DNA of 64,000 nucleotides from Heterodontus francisci (lineage: Eukaryota). Each line of letters starts with the position of its first letter. Position 1 is the stretch's first letter. Made by a program: the position numbers and the translations under genes. Of this stretch, positions 13,401 through 25,400 are shown piece after piece. A model generated the notes under the pieces. That model ran no database searches, was not told the origin of the DNA, and worked only from the letters and a program-made list of their open reading frames with translations. The stretch lies in NCBI RefSeq assembly GCF_036365525.1, contig NC_090399.1:66582862-66646861 (forward strand). The letters are read 5' to 3'.

Positions 13401-16400
13401 AAGTGCCCCCTGTGTGTGTACAGTAAGTTTGTGTTGGTGAACGGGGTGAGCTGTTTGTAACTGAAGTTCCCCCTGTGTGTGTACAGTAAGTTTGTGTGGG
13501 TGAGGGGGGGTGAGCTGTTTGTAACTGAAGTTCCCCCTGTGTGTGTACAGTACGTTTGTGTGGGTGAGGGGGGGTGAGCTGTTTGTAACTGAAGTTCCCC
13601 CTGTGTGTGTACAGTAAGTTTGTGTGGGTGAGTGGGGGGGGGGGGTGAGCTGTTTGTAACTGAAGTTCCCCCCGTGTGTGTACAGTAAGTTTGTGTGGGT
13701 GAGGGGGGGGGGGCGGTGAGCTGTTTGAAACTGAAGTTCCCCCCGTGTGTGTACAGTAAGTTTGTGTGGGTGAGGGGGGGGGGTGAGCTGTTTGTAACTG
13801 AAGTTCCGCCTGTGTGTCAACAGTACGTTTGTGTGGGTGAGGGGGTGTGAGCTGTTTGTAACTGAAGTTCCCCCTGTGTGTGTACAGTAAGTTTGTGTGG
13901 GTGAGGGTGTGGGGGGGGGGGTGAGCTTTTTGTAAGTGAAGTTCCCCCTGTGTGTGTACAGTAAGTTTGTGTGGGTGAGGGGGGGGTGAGCTGTTTGTAA
14001 CTGAAGTTCCCCCTGTGTGTGTCCAGTACGTTTGTGTGGGTGAGGGGGGGTGAGCTGTTTGTAACTGAAGTTCCCCCTGTGTGTGTACAGAAAGTTTGTG
14101 TGGGTGAGGGGGGGGGGTGAGCTGTTTGTAACTGAAGTTCCCCCTGTGTGTGTACAGTAAGTTTGTGTGGGTGAGGGGGGGGGGTGAGCTGTTTGTAACT
14201 GAAGTTCCCCCTGTGTGTGAACAGTAAGTTTGTGTGGGTGAGAGGGGGTGAGCTGTTTGTAACTGAAGTTCCCCCTGTGTGTGAACAGTAAGTTTGTGTG
14301 GGAGGGGGCGAGCTGTTTGTAACTGAAGTTCCCCCTGTGTGTGTACAGTAAGTTTGTGTGGGTGAGGGGGGGTGAGCTGTTTGTATCTGAAGTTCCCCCT
14401 GTGTGTGAACAGTAAGTTTGTGTGGGTGAGAGGGGGTGAGCTGTTTGTAACTGAAGTTCCCCCTGTGTGTGAACAGTAAGTTTGTGTGGGTGAGAGGGGG
14501 TGCGCTGTTTGTAACTGAAGTTCCCCCTGTGTGTGTACAGTAAGTTTGTGTGGGTGAGCGGGGGGGGGGGGGGGTGGTGAGCTGTTTGTAACTGAAGTTC
14601 CCCCTGTGTGTGTACAGTAAGTTTGTGTGGGTGAGGGTGTGGGGGGGGGGGGGTGAGCTTTTTGTAAGTGAAGTTCCCCCTGTGTGTGTACAGTAAGTTT
14701 GTGTGGGTGAGGGGGGGGTGGTGAGCTGTTTGTAACTGAAGTTCCCCCTGTGTGTGTACAGTAAGTTTGTGTGGGTGAGGGGGGGGGGTGAGCTGTTTGT
14801 AACTGAAGTTCCCCCTATGTGTGTACAGTAAGTTTGTGTGGGTGAGGGGGGGGGTGAGCTGTTTGTAACTGAAGTTCCCCCTATGTGTGTACAGTAAGTT
14901 TGTGTGGGTGAGGGTGTGGGGGGGGGGGGTGAGCTGTTTGTAACTGACGTTCCCCCTGTGTGTGTACAGTAAGTTTGTGTGGGTGAGGGGGGGGGGGTGA
15001 GCTGTTTGTAACTGAAGTTCCCCCTGTGTGTGTACAGTAAGTTTGTGTGGGTGAGGGGGGGGGTTGAGCTGTTTGTAACTGAAGTTCCCCCTATGTGTGT
15101 ACAGTAAGTTTGTGTGGGTGAGGGTGTGGGGGGGGGGGGGTGAGCTGTTTGTAACTGACGTTCCCCCTGTGTGTGTACAGTAAGTTTGTGTGGGTGAGGG
15201 GGGGGGGGTGAGCTGTTTGTAACTGAAGTTCCCCCTGTGTGTGTACAGTAAGTTTGTGTGGGTGAGGGGGGGTGAGCTGTTTGTAACTGAAGTTCCCCCT
15301 GTGTGTGTACAGTAAGTTTGTGTGGGTGAGGGGGGGGGGGTGAGCTGTTTGTAACTGAAGTTCCCCCTGTGTGTGTCCAGTACGTTTGTGTGGGTGAGGG
15401 GGGGGGGGGGGAGTGAGGGAGCTGTTTGTGACTGAAGTTCCCCCTGTGTGTGTACAGTAAGTTTGTGTGGGTGAGGGGGGGGGGTGAGCTGTTTGTAACT
15501 GAAGTTCCCCCTATGTGTGTACAGTAAGTTTGTGTGGGTGAGGGGGGGGGTGAGCTGTTTGTAACTGAAGTTCCCCCTATGTGTGTACAGTAAGTTTGTG
15601 TGGGTGAGGGTGTGGGGGGGGGGGGTGAGCTGTTTGTAACTGACGTTCCCCCTGTGTGTGTACAGTAAGTTTGTGTGGGTGAGGGGGGGGGGTGAGCTGT
15701 TTGTAACTGAAGTTCCCCCTGTGTGTGTACAGTAAGTTTGTGTGGGTGAGGGGGGGGGTTGAGCTGTTTGTAACTGAAGTTTCCCCTATGTGTGTACAGT
15801 AAGTTTGTGTGGGTGAGGGTGTGGGGGGGGGGGTGAGCTGTTTGTAACTGACGTTCCCCCTGTGTGTGTACAGTAAGTTTGTGTGGGTGAGGGGGGGGGG
15901 TGAGCTGTTTGTAACTGAAGTTTTCCCTGTGTGTGTCCAGTACGTTTGTGTGGGTGAGGGGGGGTGAGCTGTTTGTAACTGAAGTTCCCCCTGTGTGTGT
16001 ACAGTAAGTTTGTGTTGGTGAGGGGGGGGGGTGTGAGGGAGCTGTTTGTGACTGAAGTTCCCCCTGTGTGTGTACAGTAAGTTTGTGTGGGTGAGGGGGT
16101 GGGGGGGGGTGAGCTGTTTGTAACTGAAGTTCCCCCTGTGTGTGTACAGTAAGTTTGTGTGGGTGAGGGGGGGTGAGCTGTTTGTAACTGAAGTTCCCCC
16201 TGTGTGTGTACAGTAAGTTTGTGTGGGTGAGGGGGGGTGAGCTGTTTGTAACTGAAGTTCCCCCTGTGTGTGTACAGTAAGTTTGTGTGGGTGAGGGGGG
16301 TTGAGCTTTTTATAACTGAATTTCCCCCTGTGTGTGTACAGTAAGTTTGTGTGGGTGAGGGGGGGGGAGTGAGCTGTTTGTAACTGAAGTTCCCCCTGTG

Positions 16401-19400
16401 TGTGTACAGTAAGTTTGTGTGGGTGAGGGGGGGTGAGCTGTTTGTAACTGAAGTTCCCGCTGTGTGTGTACAGTAAGTTTGTGTGGGTGAGGGGGGTGGG
16501 GTGAGCTGTTTGGAACTGAAGTTCCCCCTGTGTGTGCACAGTAAGTTTGTGTGGGTGAGGTGGGGGGGGGGGGGGGTGAGCTGTTTGTTACTGAAGTTCC
16601 CCCTGTGTGTGTACAGTGAGTTTGTGTGGGTGAGGGGGGGGGGGAGGTGAGCTGTTCGTAACTGACTTTCCCCCTGTGTGTGTACAGTGAGTTTGTGTGG
16701 GTGAGGGGGGGGGGGTGAGCTGTTTGTAACTGAAGTTCCCCCTGTGTGTGCACAGTAAGTTTGTGTTGGTGAGGGGGGTGAGCTGTTTGTAACTGAAGTT
16801 CCCCCTGTGTGTGTACAGTAAGTTTGTGTGGGTGAGGGGGGGTGAGCTGTTTGTAACTGAAGTTCCCCCTGTGTGTGTACAGTAAGTTTGTGTGGGTAAG
16901 TGGGGGGGGGGGGGGGTGAGCTGTTTGTAACTGAAGTTCCCCCTGTGTGTGTACAGTAAGTTTGTGTGGGTGAGGGGGGGGGGGGTGAGCTGTTGGAAAC
17001 TGAAGTTCCCCCCGTGTGTGTACAGTAAGTTTGTGTGGGTGAGGGGGGGGGGGGGTGAGCTGTTTGTAACTGAAGTTCCGCCTGTGTGTGAACAGTAAGT
17101 TTGTGTGGGTGAGGGGGGTGGGGTGAGCTGTTTGGAACTGAAGTTCCCCCTGTGTGTGCACAGTAAGTTTGTGTGGGTGAGGTGGGGGGGGGGGGGGTGA
17201 GCTGTTTGTAACTGAAGTGCCCCCTGTGTGTGTACAGTAAGTTTGTGTTGGTGAACGGGGTGAGCTGTTTGTAACTGAAGTACCCCCTGTGTGTGTACAG
17301 TAAGTTTGTGTGGGTGAGGGGGGGTGAGCTGTTTGTAACTGAAGTTCCCCCTGTGTGTGTACAGTACGTTTGTGTGGGTGAGGGGGGGTGAGCTGTTTGT
17401 AACTGAAGTTCCCCCTGTGTGTGTACAGTAAGTTTGTGTGGGTGAGTGGGGGGGGGGGGTGAGCTGTTTGTAACTGAAGTTCCCCCCGTGTGTGTACAGT
17501 AAGTTTGTGTGGGTGAGGGGGGGGGGGGGCGGTGAGCTGTTTGAAACTGAAGTTCCCCCCGTGTGTGTACAGTAAGTTTGTGTGGGTGAGGGGGGGGGGT
17601 GAGCTGTTTGTAACTGAAGTTCCGCCTGTGTGTCAACAGTACGTTTGTGTGGGTGAGGGGGTGTGAGCTGTTTGTAACTGAAGTTCCCCCTGTGTGTGTA
17701 CAGTAAGTTTGTGTGGGTGAGGGTGTGGGGGGGGGGGTGAGCTTTTTGTAAGTGAAGTTCCCCCTGTGTGTGTACAGTAAGTTTGTGTGGGTGAGGGGGG
17801 GGTGAGCTGTTTGTAACTGAAGTTCCCCCTGTGTGTGTCCAGTACGTTTGTGTGGGTGAGGGGGGGTGAGCTGTTTGTAACTGAAGTTCCCCCTGTGTGT
17901 GTACAGAAAGTTTGTGTGGGTGAGGGGGGGGGGTGAGCTGTTTGTAACTGAAGTTCCCCCTGTGTGTGTACAGTAAGTTTGTGTGGGTGAGGGGGGGGGT
18001 GAGCTGTTTGTAACTGAAGTTCCCCCTGTGTGTGAACAGTAAGTTTGTGTGGGTGAGAGGGGGTGAGCTGTTTGTAACTGAAGTTCCCCCTGTGTGTGAA
18101 CAGTAAGTTTGTGTGGGAGGGGGTGAGCTGTTTGTAACTGAAGTTCCCCCTGTGTGTGTACAGTAAGTTTGTGTGGGTGAGGGGGGGTGAGCTGTTTCTA
18201 TCTGAAGTTCCCCCTGTGTGTGAACAGTAAGTTTGTGTGGGTGAGAGGGGGTGAGCTGTTTGTAACTGAAGTTCCCCCTGTGTGTGAACAGTAAGTTTGT
18301 GTGGGTGAGAGGGGGTGAGCTGTTTGTAACTGAAGTTCCCCCTGTGTGTGTACAGTAAGTTTGTGTGGGTGAGCGGGGGGGGGGGGGGGGGTGGTGAGCT
18401 GTTTGTAACTGAAGTTCCCCCTGTGTGTGTACAGTAAGTTTGTGTGGGTGAGGGTGTGGGGGGGGGGGGGGTGAGCTTTTTGTAAGTGAAGTTCCCCCTG
18501 TGTGTGTACAGTAAGTTTGTGTGGGTGAGGGGGGGGGTGGTGAGCTGTTTGTAACTGAAGTTCCCCCTGTGTGTGTCCAGTACGTTTGTGTGGGTGAGGG
18601 GGGGTGAGCTGTTTGTAACTGAAGTTCCCCCTGTGTGTGTACAGAAAGTTTGTGTCGGTGAGGGGGGGGGGGGGTGAGCTGTTTGTAACTGAAGTTCCCC
18701 CTGTGTGTGTACAGTAAGTTTGTGTGGGTGAGGGGGGGTGAGCTGTTTGTAACTGAAGTTCCCCCTGTGTGTGTACAGAAAGTTTGTGTGGGTGAGGGGG
18801 GGGGGGGTGAGCTGTTTGTAACTGAAGTTCCCCCTGTGTGTGTACAGAAAGTTTGTGTGGGTGAGGGGGGGGGGGTGAGCTGTTTGTAACTGAAGTTCCC
18901 CCTGTGTGTGAACAGTAAGTTTGTGTGGGTGAGAGGGGGTGAGCTGTTTGTAACTGAAGTTCCCCCTGTGTGTGTACAGTAAGTTTGTGTGGGTGAGGGG
19001 GGGGGTGAGCTGTTTGTAACTGAAGTTCCCCCTGTGTGTGTACAGTAAGTTTGTGTGGGTGAGGGTGTGGGGGGGGGGGGGGTGAGCTGTTTGTAACTGA
19101 CGTTCCCCCTGTGTGTGTACAGTAAGTTTGTGTGGGTGAGGGGGGGGGGGTGAGCTGTTTGTAACTGAAGTTCCCCCTGTGTGTGTACAGTAAGTTTGTG
19201 TGGGTGAGGGGGGGGGTTGAGCTGTTTGTAACTGAAGTTTCCCCTATGTGTGTACAGTAAGTTTGTGTGGGTGAGGGTGTGGGGGGGGGGTGAGCTGTTT
19301 GTAACTGACGTTCCCCCTGTGTGTGTACAGTAAGTTTGTGTGGGTGAGGGGGGGGGGTGAGCTGTTTGTAACTGAAGTTTTCCCTGTGTGTGTCCAGTAC

Positions 19401-22400
19401 GTTTGTGTGGGTGAGGGGGGGTGAGCTGTTTGTAACTGAAGTTCCCCCTGTGTGTGTACAGTAAGTTTGTGTTGGTGAGGGGGGGGGGGTGTGAGGGAGC
19501 TGTTTGTGACTGAAGTTCCCCCTGTGTGTGTACAGTAAGTTTGTGTGGGTGAGGGGGGGTGAGCTGTTTGTAACTGAAGTTCCCCCTGTGTGTGTACAGT
19601 AAGTTTGTGTGGGTGAGGGGGGGTGAGCTGTTTGTAACTGAAGTTCCCCCTGTTTGTGTACAGTAAGTTTGTGTGGGTGAGGGGGGGTGAGCTGTTTGTA
19701 ACTGAAGTTCCCCCTGTGTGTGTACAGTAAGTTTGTGTGGGTGAGGGGGGGTGAGCTGTTTGTAACTGAAGTTCCCCCTGTGTGTGTACAGTAAGTTTGT
19801 GTGGGTGAGGGGGGGGTGAGCTGTTTGTAACTGAAGTTCCCCCTGTGTGTGAACAGTAAGTTTGTGTGGGTGAGAGGGGGTGAGCTGTTTGTAACTGAAG
19901 TTCCCCCTGTGTGTGTACAGTAAGTTTGTGTGGGTGAGGGGGGGGTGAGCTGTTTGTAACTGAAGTTCCCCCTGTGTGTGTACAGTAAGTTTGTGTGGGT
20001 GAGGGGGGGTGAGCTGTTTGTAACTGAAGTTCCCCCTGTGTGTTAACAGTAAGTTTGTGTGGGTGAGAGGGGGTGAGCTGTTTGTAACTGAAGTTCCCCC
20101 TGTGTGTGAACAGTAAGTTTGTGTGGGTGAGAGGGGGTGAGCTGTTTGTAACTGAAGTTCCCCCTGTGTGTGTACAGTAAGTTTGTGTGGGTGAGCGGGG
20201 GGGGGGTGGTGAGCTGTTTGTAAATGAAGTTCCCCCTGTGTGTGTACAGTAAGTTTGTGTGGGTGAGGTGAGGGGGGGTGAGCTGTTTGAAACTGAAGTT
20301 CCCCCTGTGTGTGTACAGTAAGTTTGTGTGGGTGAGGGCGGGGGGTGAGCTGTTTGTAACTGAAGTTCCCCCTGTGTGTGTACAGTACGTTTGTGTGGGT
20401 GAGGGGGGGTGAGCTGTTTGTAACTGAAGTTCCCCCTGTGTGTGTACAGTACGTTTGTGTGGGTGAGGGGGGGTGAGCTGTTTGTGACTGAAGTTCCCCC
20501 TGTGTGTGAACAGTAAGTTTGTGTGGGTGAGGGGGGGGGGGGTGAGCTGTTTGTAACTGAAGTTCCCCCTGTGTGTATACAGTAAGTTTGTGTGGGTGAG
20601 GGTGTGGGGGGGGGGGGTGGTGAGCTGTTTGTAACTAAAGTTCCCCTTGTGTGTGTACAGTAAGTTTGTGTGGGTGAGGGTGTGGGGGGGGGGGTGAGCT
20701 GTTTGTAACTGACGTTCGCCCTGTGTGTGTCCAGTACGTTTGTGTGGGTGAGGGGGGGTGAGCTGTTTGTAACTGAAGTTCCCCCTGTGTGTGTACAGTA
20801 AGTTTGTGTGGGTGAGGGGGGGTGAGCTGTTTGTAACTGAAGTTCCCCCTGTGTGTGAACAGTAAGTTTGTGTGGGTGAGGGGGGGTGAGCTGTTTGTAA
20901 CTGAAGTTCCCCCTGTGTGTGTACAGTAAGTTTGTGTGGGTGAGGGGGGGTGAGCTGTTTGTAACTGAAGTTCCCCCTGTGTGTGAACAGTAAGTTTGTG
21001 TGGGTGAGGGGGGGTGAGCTGTTTGTAACTGAAGTTCCCCCTGTGTGTGAACAGTAAGTTTGTGTGGGTGAGGGGGGGGGGTGAGCTGTTTGTCACTGAA
21101 GTTCCCCCTGTGTGTGTACAGTAAGTTTGTGTGGGTGAGGGGGGGTGAGCTGTTTGTAACTGAAGTTCCCCCTGTGTGTGTACAGTAAGTTTGTGTGGGT
21201 GAGGGGGGGGTGAGCTGTTTGTAACTGAAGTTCCCCCTGTGTGTGTACAGTAAGTTTGTGTGGGTGAGGGGGGGTGAGCTGTTTGTAACTGAAGTTCCCC
21301 CTGTGTGTGTACAGTAAGTTTGTGTGGGTGAGGGGGGGTGAGCTGTTTGTAACTGAAGTTCCCCCTGTTTCTGTACAGTAAGTTTGTGTGGGTGAGGGGG
21401 GGTGAGCTGTTTGTAACTGAAGTTCCCCCTGTGTGTGTACAGTAAGTTTGTGTGGGTGAGGGGGGTGAGCTGTTTGTAACTGAAGTTCCCCCTGTGTGTG
21501 TACAGTAAGTTTGTGTGGGTGAGGGGGGGGGATGAGCTGTTTGTCACTGAAGTTCTCCCTGTGTGTGTACAGTAAGTTTGTGTGGGTGAGGGGGGGGGGG
21601 GGTGAGCTGTTTGTAACTGAAGTTCCCCCTGTGTGTGTACAGTAAGTTTGTGTGGGTGAGGGGGGGTGAGCTGTTTGTAACTGAAGTTCCCCCTGTGTGT
21701 GTACAGTAAGTTTGTGTGGGTGAGGGGGGGGGGTGAGCTGTTTGTAACTGAAGTTCCCCCTGTGTGTGTACAGTAAGTTTGTGTGGGTGAGGGTCGGGGG
21801 GTGCGGGGGTTGTGAGCTGTTTGTAACTGAAGTTTCCCCTTGTGTGTGTCCAGTAAGTTTGTGTGGGTGAGGGGGGGTGAGCTGTTTGTAACTGAAGTTC
21901 CCCCTGTGTGTGTACAGTAAGTTTGTGTGGGTGAGGGGGGGGGGGTGAGGGAGCTGTTTGTAACTGAAGTTTCCCCTTGTGTGTGTACAGTAAGTTTGTG
22001 TGGGTGAGGGGGGGTGAGCTGTTTGTAACTGAAGTTCCCCCTGTGTGTGTACAGTAAGTTTGTGTGGGTGAGGGGGGGGGGGGGTGAGCTGTTTGTAACT
22101 GAAGGACCCCCTGTGTGTGTACAGTAAGTTTGTGTGGGTGAGGGGGGTGGGGGGTGAGCTGTTTGTAACTGAAGGTCCCCGTGTGTGTGTGCAGTAAGTT
22201 TGTGTGGGTGAGGGGGGGGGGGGTGGTGAGCTGTTTGTAACTGAAGTTCCCCCTGTGTGTACAGTAAGTTTGTGTGGGTGAGGGGGGGGGGTGAGCTGTT
22301 TGTAACTGAAGTTCCCCCTGTGTGTGTACAGTAAGTTTGTGTGGGTGGGGGGGGGGGTGAGCTGTTTGTAACTGAAGTTCCCCCTGTGTGTGTACAGTAA

Positions 22401-25400
22401 GTTTGTGTGGGTGAGGGGGGGGGGGGTGAGCTGTTTGTAACTGAAGTTCCCCCTGTGTGTGTACAGTAAGTTTGTGTGGGTGAGGGGGGGGGGTGAGCTG
22501 TTTGTAACTGAAGTTCCCCCTGTGTGTGTACAGTAAGTTTGTGTGGGTGAGGGGGGGGGGGGGGTGAGCTGTTTGTAACTGAAGTTCCCCCTGTGTGTGT
22601 ACAGGAAGTTTGTGTGGGTGAGGGGGGGGTGAGCTGTTTGTAACTGAAGTTCCCCCTGTGTGTGTACAGTACGTTTGTGTGGGTGAGGGGGGGTGAGCTG
22701 TTTGTAACTGAAGTTCCCCCTGTGTGTGTACTGTAAGTTTGTGTGGGTGAGGGGGGGTGAGCTGTTTGTAACTGAAGTTCCCCCTGTGTGTGTACAGTAG
22801 GTTTGTGTGGGTGAGGGGGGGGTGAGGGAGCTGTTTGTGACTGAGGTTCCCCCTGTGTGTGTACAGTAAGATTGTGTGGGTGAGGGGGGGGTGAGGGAGC
22901 TGTTTGTGACTGAAGTTGCCCCTGTGTGTGTACAGTAAATTTGTGTGGGTGAGGGGGGGGGTGAGCTGTTTGTAACTGAAGTTCCCCCTGTGTGTGCACA
23001 GTAAGTTTGTGTGGGTGAGGGGGGGGTGAGCTGTTTGTAACTGAAGTTCCCCCTGTGTGTGAACAGTAAGTTTGTGTGGGTGAGGGGGGGGGGTGAGCTG
23101 TTTGTAACTGAAGATCCCCCTGTGTGTGTACAGTAAGTTTGTGTGGGTGAGGGGGGGGGGGTGAGCTGTTTGTAACTGAAGTTCCCCCTGTGTGTGTACA
23201 GTAAGTTTGTGTGGGTGGGGGGGGGGTGAGCTGTTTGTAACTGAAGTACCCCCTGTGTGTGTACAGTAAGTTTGTGTGGGTGAGGGGGGGTGAGCTGTTT
23301 GTAACTGAAGTTCCCCCTGTGTGTGTACAGTAAGTTTGTGTGGGTGAGCAGGGGGGGGGGTGAGCTGTTTGTAACTGAAGTTCCCCGTGTGTGTACAGTA
23401 AGTTTGTGTGGGTGAGGGTCGGGGGGTGGGGGGGTTGTGAGCTGTTTGTAACTGAAGTTTCCCCTTGTGTGTGTCCAGTAAGTTTGTGTGGGTGAGGGGG
23501 GGTGAGCTGTTTGTAACTGAAGTTCCCCCTGTGTGTGTACAGTAAGTTTGTGTGGGTGAGGGGGGGGGGGGGGTGAGGGAGCTGTTTGTAACTGAAGTTT
23601 CCCCTTGTGTGTGTACAGTAAGTTTGTGTGGGTGAGGGGGGGTGAGCTGTTTGTAACTGAAGTTCCCCCTGTGTGTGTACAGTAAGTTTGTGTGGGTGAT
23701 GGGGGGGGGGTGAGCTGTTTGTAACTGAAGGTCCCCCTGTGTGTGTACAGTAAGTTTGTGTGGGTGAGGGGGGGGGATTTTGGTGAGCTGTTTGTAACTG
23801 AAGTTCCCCCTGTGTGTGTACAGTAAGTTTGTGTGGGTGAGGGGGGTGGGGGGTGAGCTGTTTGTAACTGAAGGTCCCCCTGTGTGTGTGCAGTAAGTTT
23901 GTGTGTGTGAGGGGGGGGGGGTGAGCTGTTTGTAACTGAAGTTCCCCCTGTGTGTACAGTAAGTTTGTGTGGGTGAGGGCGGGGGGGGGGGGGGTGAGCT
24001 GTTTGTAACTGAAGTTCCCCCTGTGTGTGTACAGTAAGTTTGTGTGGGTGGGGGGGGGGGGGGGTGAGCTGTTTGTAACTGAAGTTCCCCCTGTGTGTGT
24101 ACAGTAAGTTTGTGTGGGTGAGGGGGGGGGGGGTGAGCTGTTTGTAACTGAAGTTCCCCCTGTGTGTGTACAGTAAGTTTGTGTGGGTGAGGGGGGGGGG
24201 GTGAGCTGTTTGTAACTGAAGTTCCCCCTGTGTGTGTACAGTAAGTTTGTGTGGGTGAGGGGGGGGGGTGAGCTGTTTGTAACTGAAGTTCCCCCTGTGT
24301 GTGTACAGGAAGTTTGTGTGGGTGAGGGGGGGGTGAGGGAGCTGTTTGTGACTGAGGTTCCCCCTGTGTGTGTACAGTAAGTTTGTGTGGGTGAGGGGGG
24401 GTGAGCTGTTTGTAACTGAAGTTCCCCCTGTGTGTGTACTGTAAGTTTGTGTGGGTGAGGGGGGGTGAGCTGTTTGTAACTGAAGTTCCCCCTGTGTGTG
24501 TACAGTAAGTTTGTGTGGGTGAGGGGGGGGTGAGGGAGCTGTTTGTGACTGAGGTTCCCCCTGTGTGTGTACAGTAAGTTTGTGTGGGTGAGGGGGGGGT
24601 GAGGGAGCTGTTTGTGACTGAAGTTGCCCCTGTGTGTGTACAGTAAATTTGTGTGGGTGAGGGGGGGGGTGAGCTGTTTGTAACTGAAGTTCCCCCTGTG
24701 TGTGTACAGTAAGTTTGTGTGGGTGAGGGGGGGGTGAGCTGTTTGTAACTGAAGTTCCCCCCGTGTGTGTACAGTAAGTTTGTGTGGGTGAGGGGGGGGG
24801 GGGGGTGAGCTGTTTGTAACTGAAGTTCCCCCTGTGTGTGTACAGTAAGTTTGTGTGGGTGAGGGGGGGGGGGGGTGAGCTGTTTGTAACTGAAGTTCCC
24901 CCTGTGTGTGTCCAGTACGTTTGTGTGGGTGAGGGGGGGTGAGCTGTTCGTAACTGAAGTTCCCCCTGTGTGTGTACAGTACGTTTGTGTGGGTGAGGGG
25001 GGGTGAGCTGTTTGTGACTGAAGTTCCCCCTGTGAGTGAACAGTAAGTTTGTGTGGGTGAGGGGGGAGGGGTGAGCTGTTTGTAACTGAAGATCCCCCTG
25101 TGTGTGTACAGTAAGTTTGTGTGGGTGAGGGGGGGGGGGTGAGCTGTTTGTAACTGAAGTTCCCCCTGTGTGTGTACAGTAAGTTTGTGTGGGTGGGGGG
25201 GGGGTGAGCTGTTTGTAACTGAAGTTCCCCCTGTGTGTGTACAGTAAGTTTGTGTGGGTGAGGGGGGTGGGGGGTGAGCTGTCTGTAACTGAAGTTCCCC
25301 CTGTGTGTGCACAGTAAGTTTGTGTGGGTGAGGGGGGGGTGAGCTGTCTGTAACTGAAGTTCCCCCTGTGTGTGTACAGTAAGTTTGTGTGGGTGAGGGG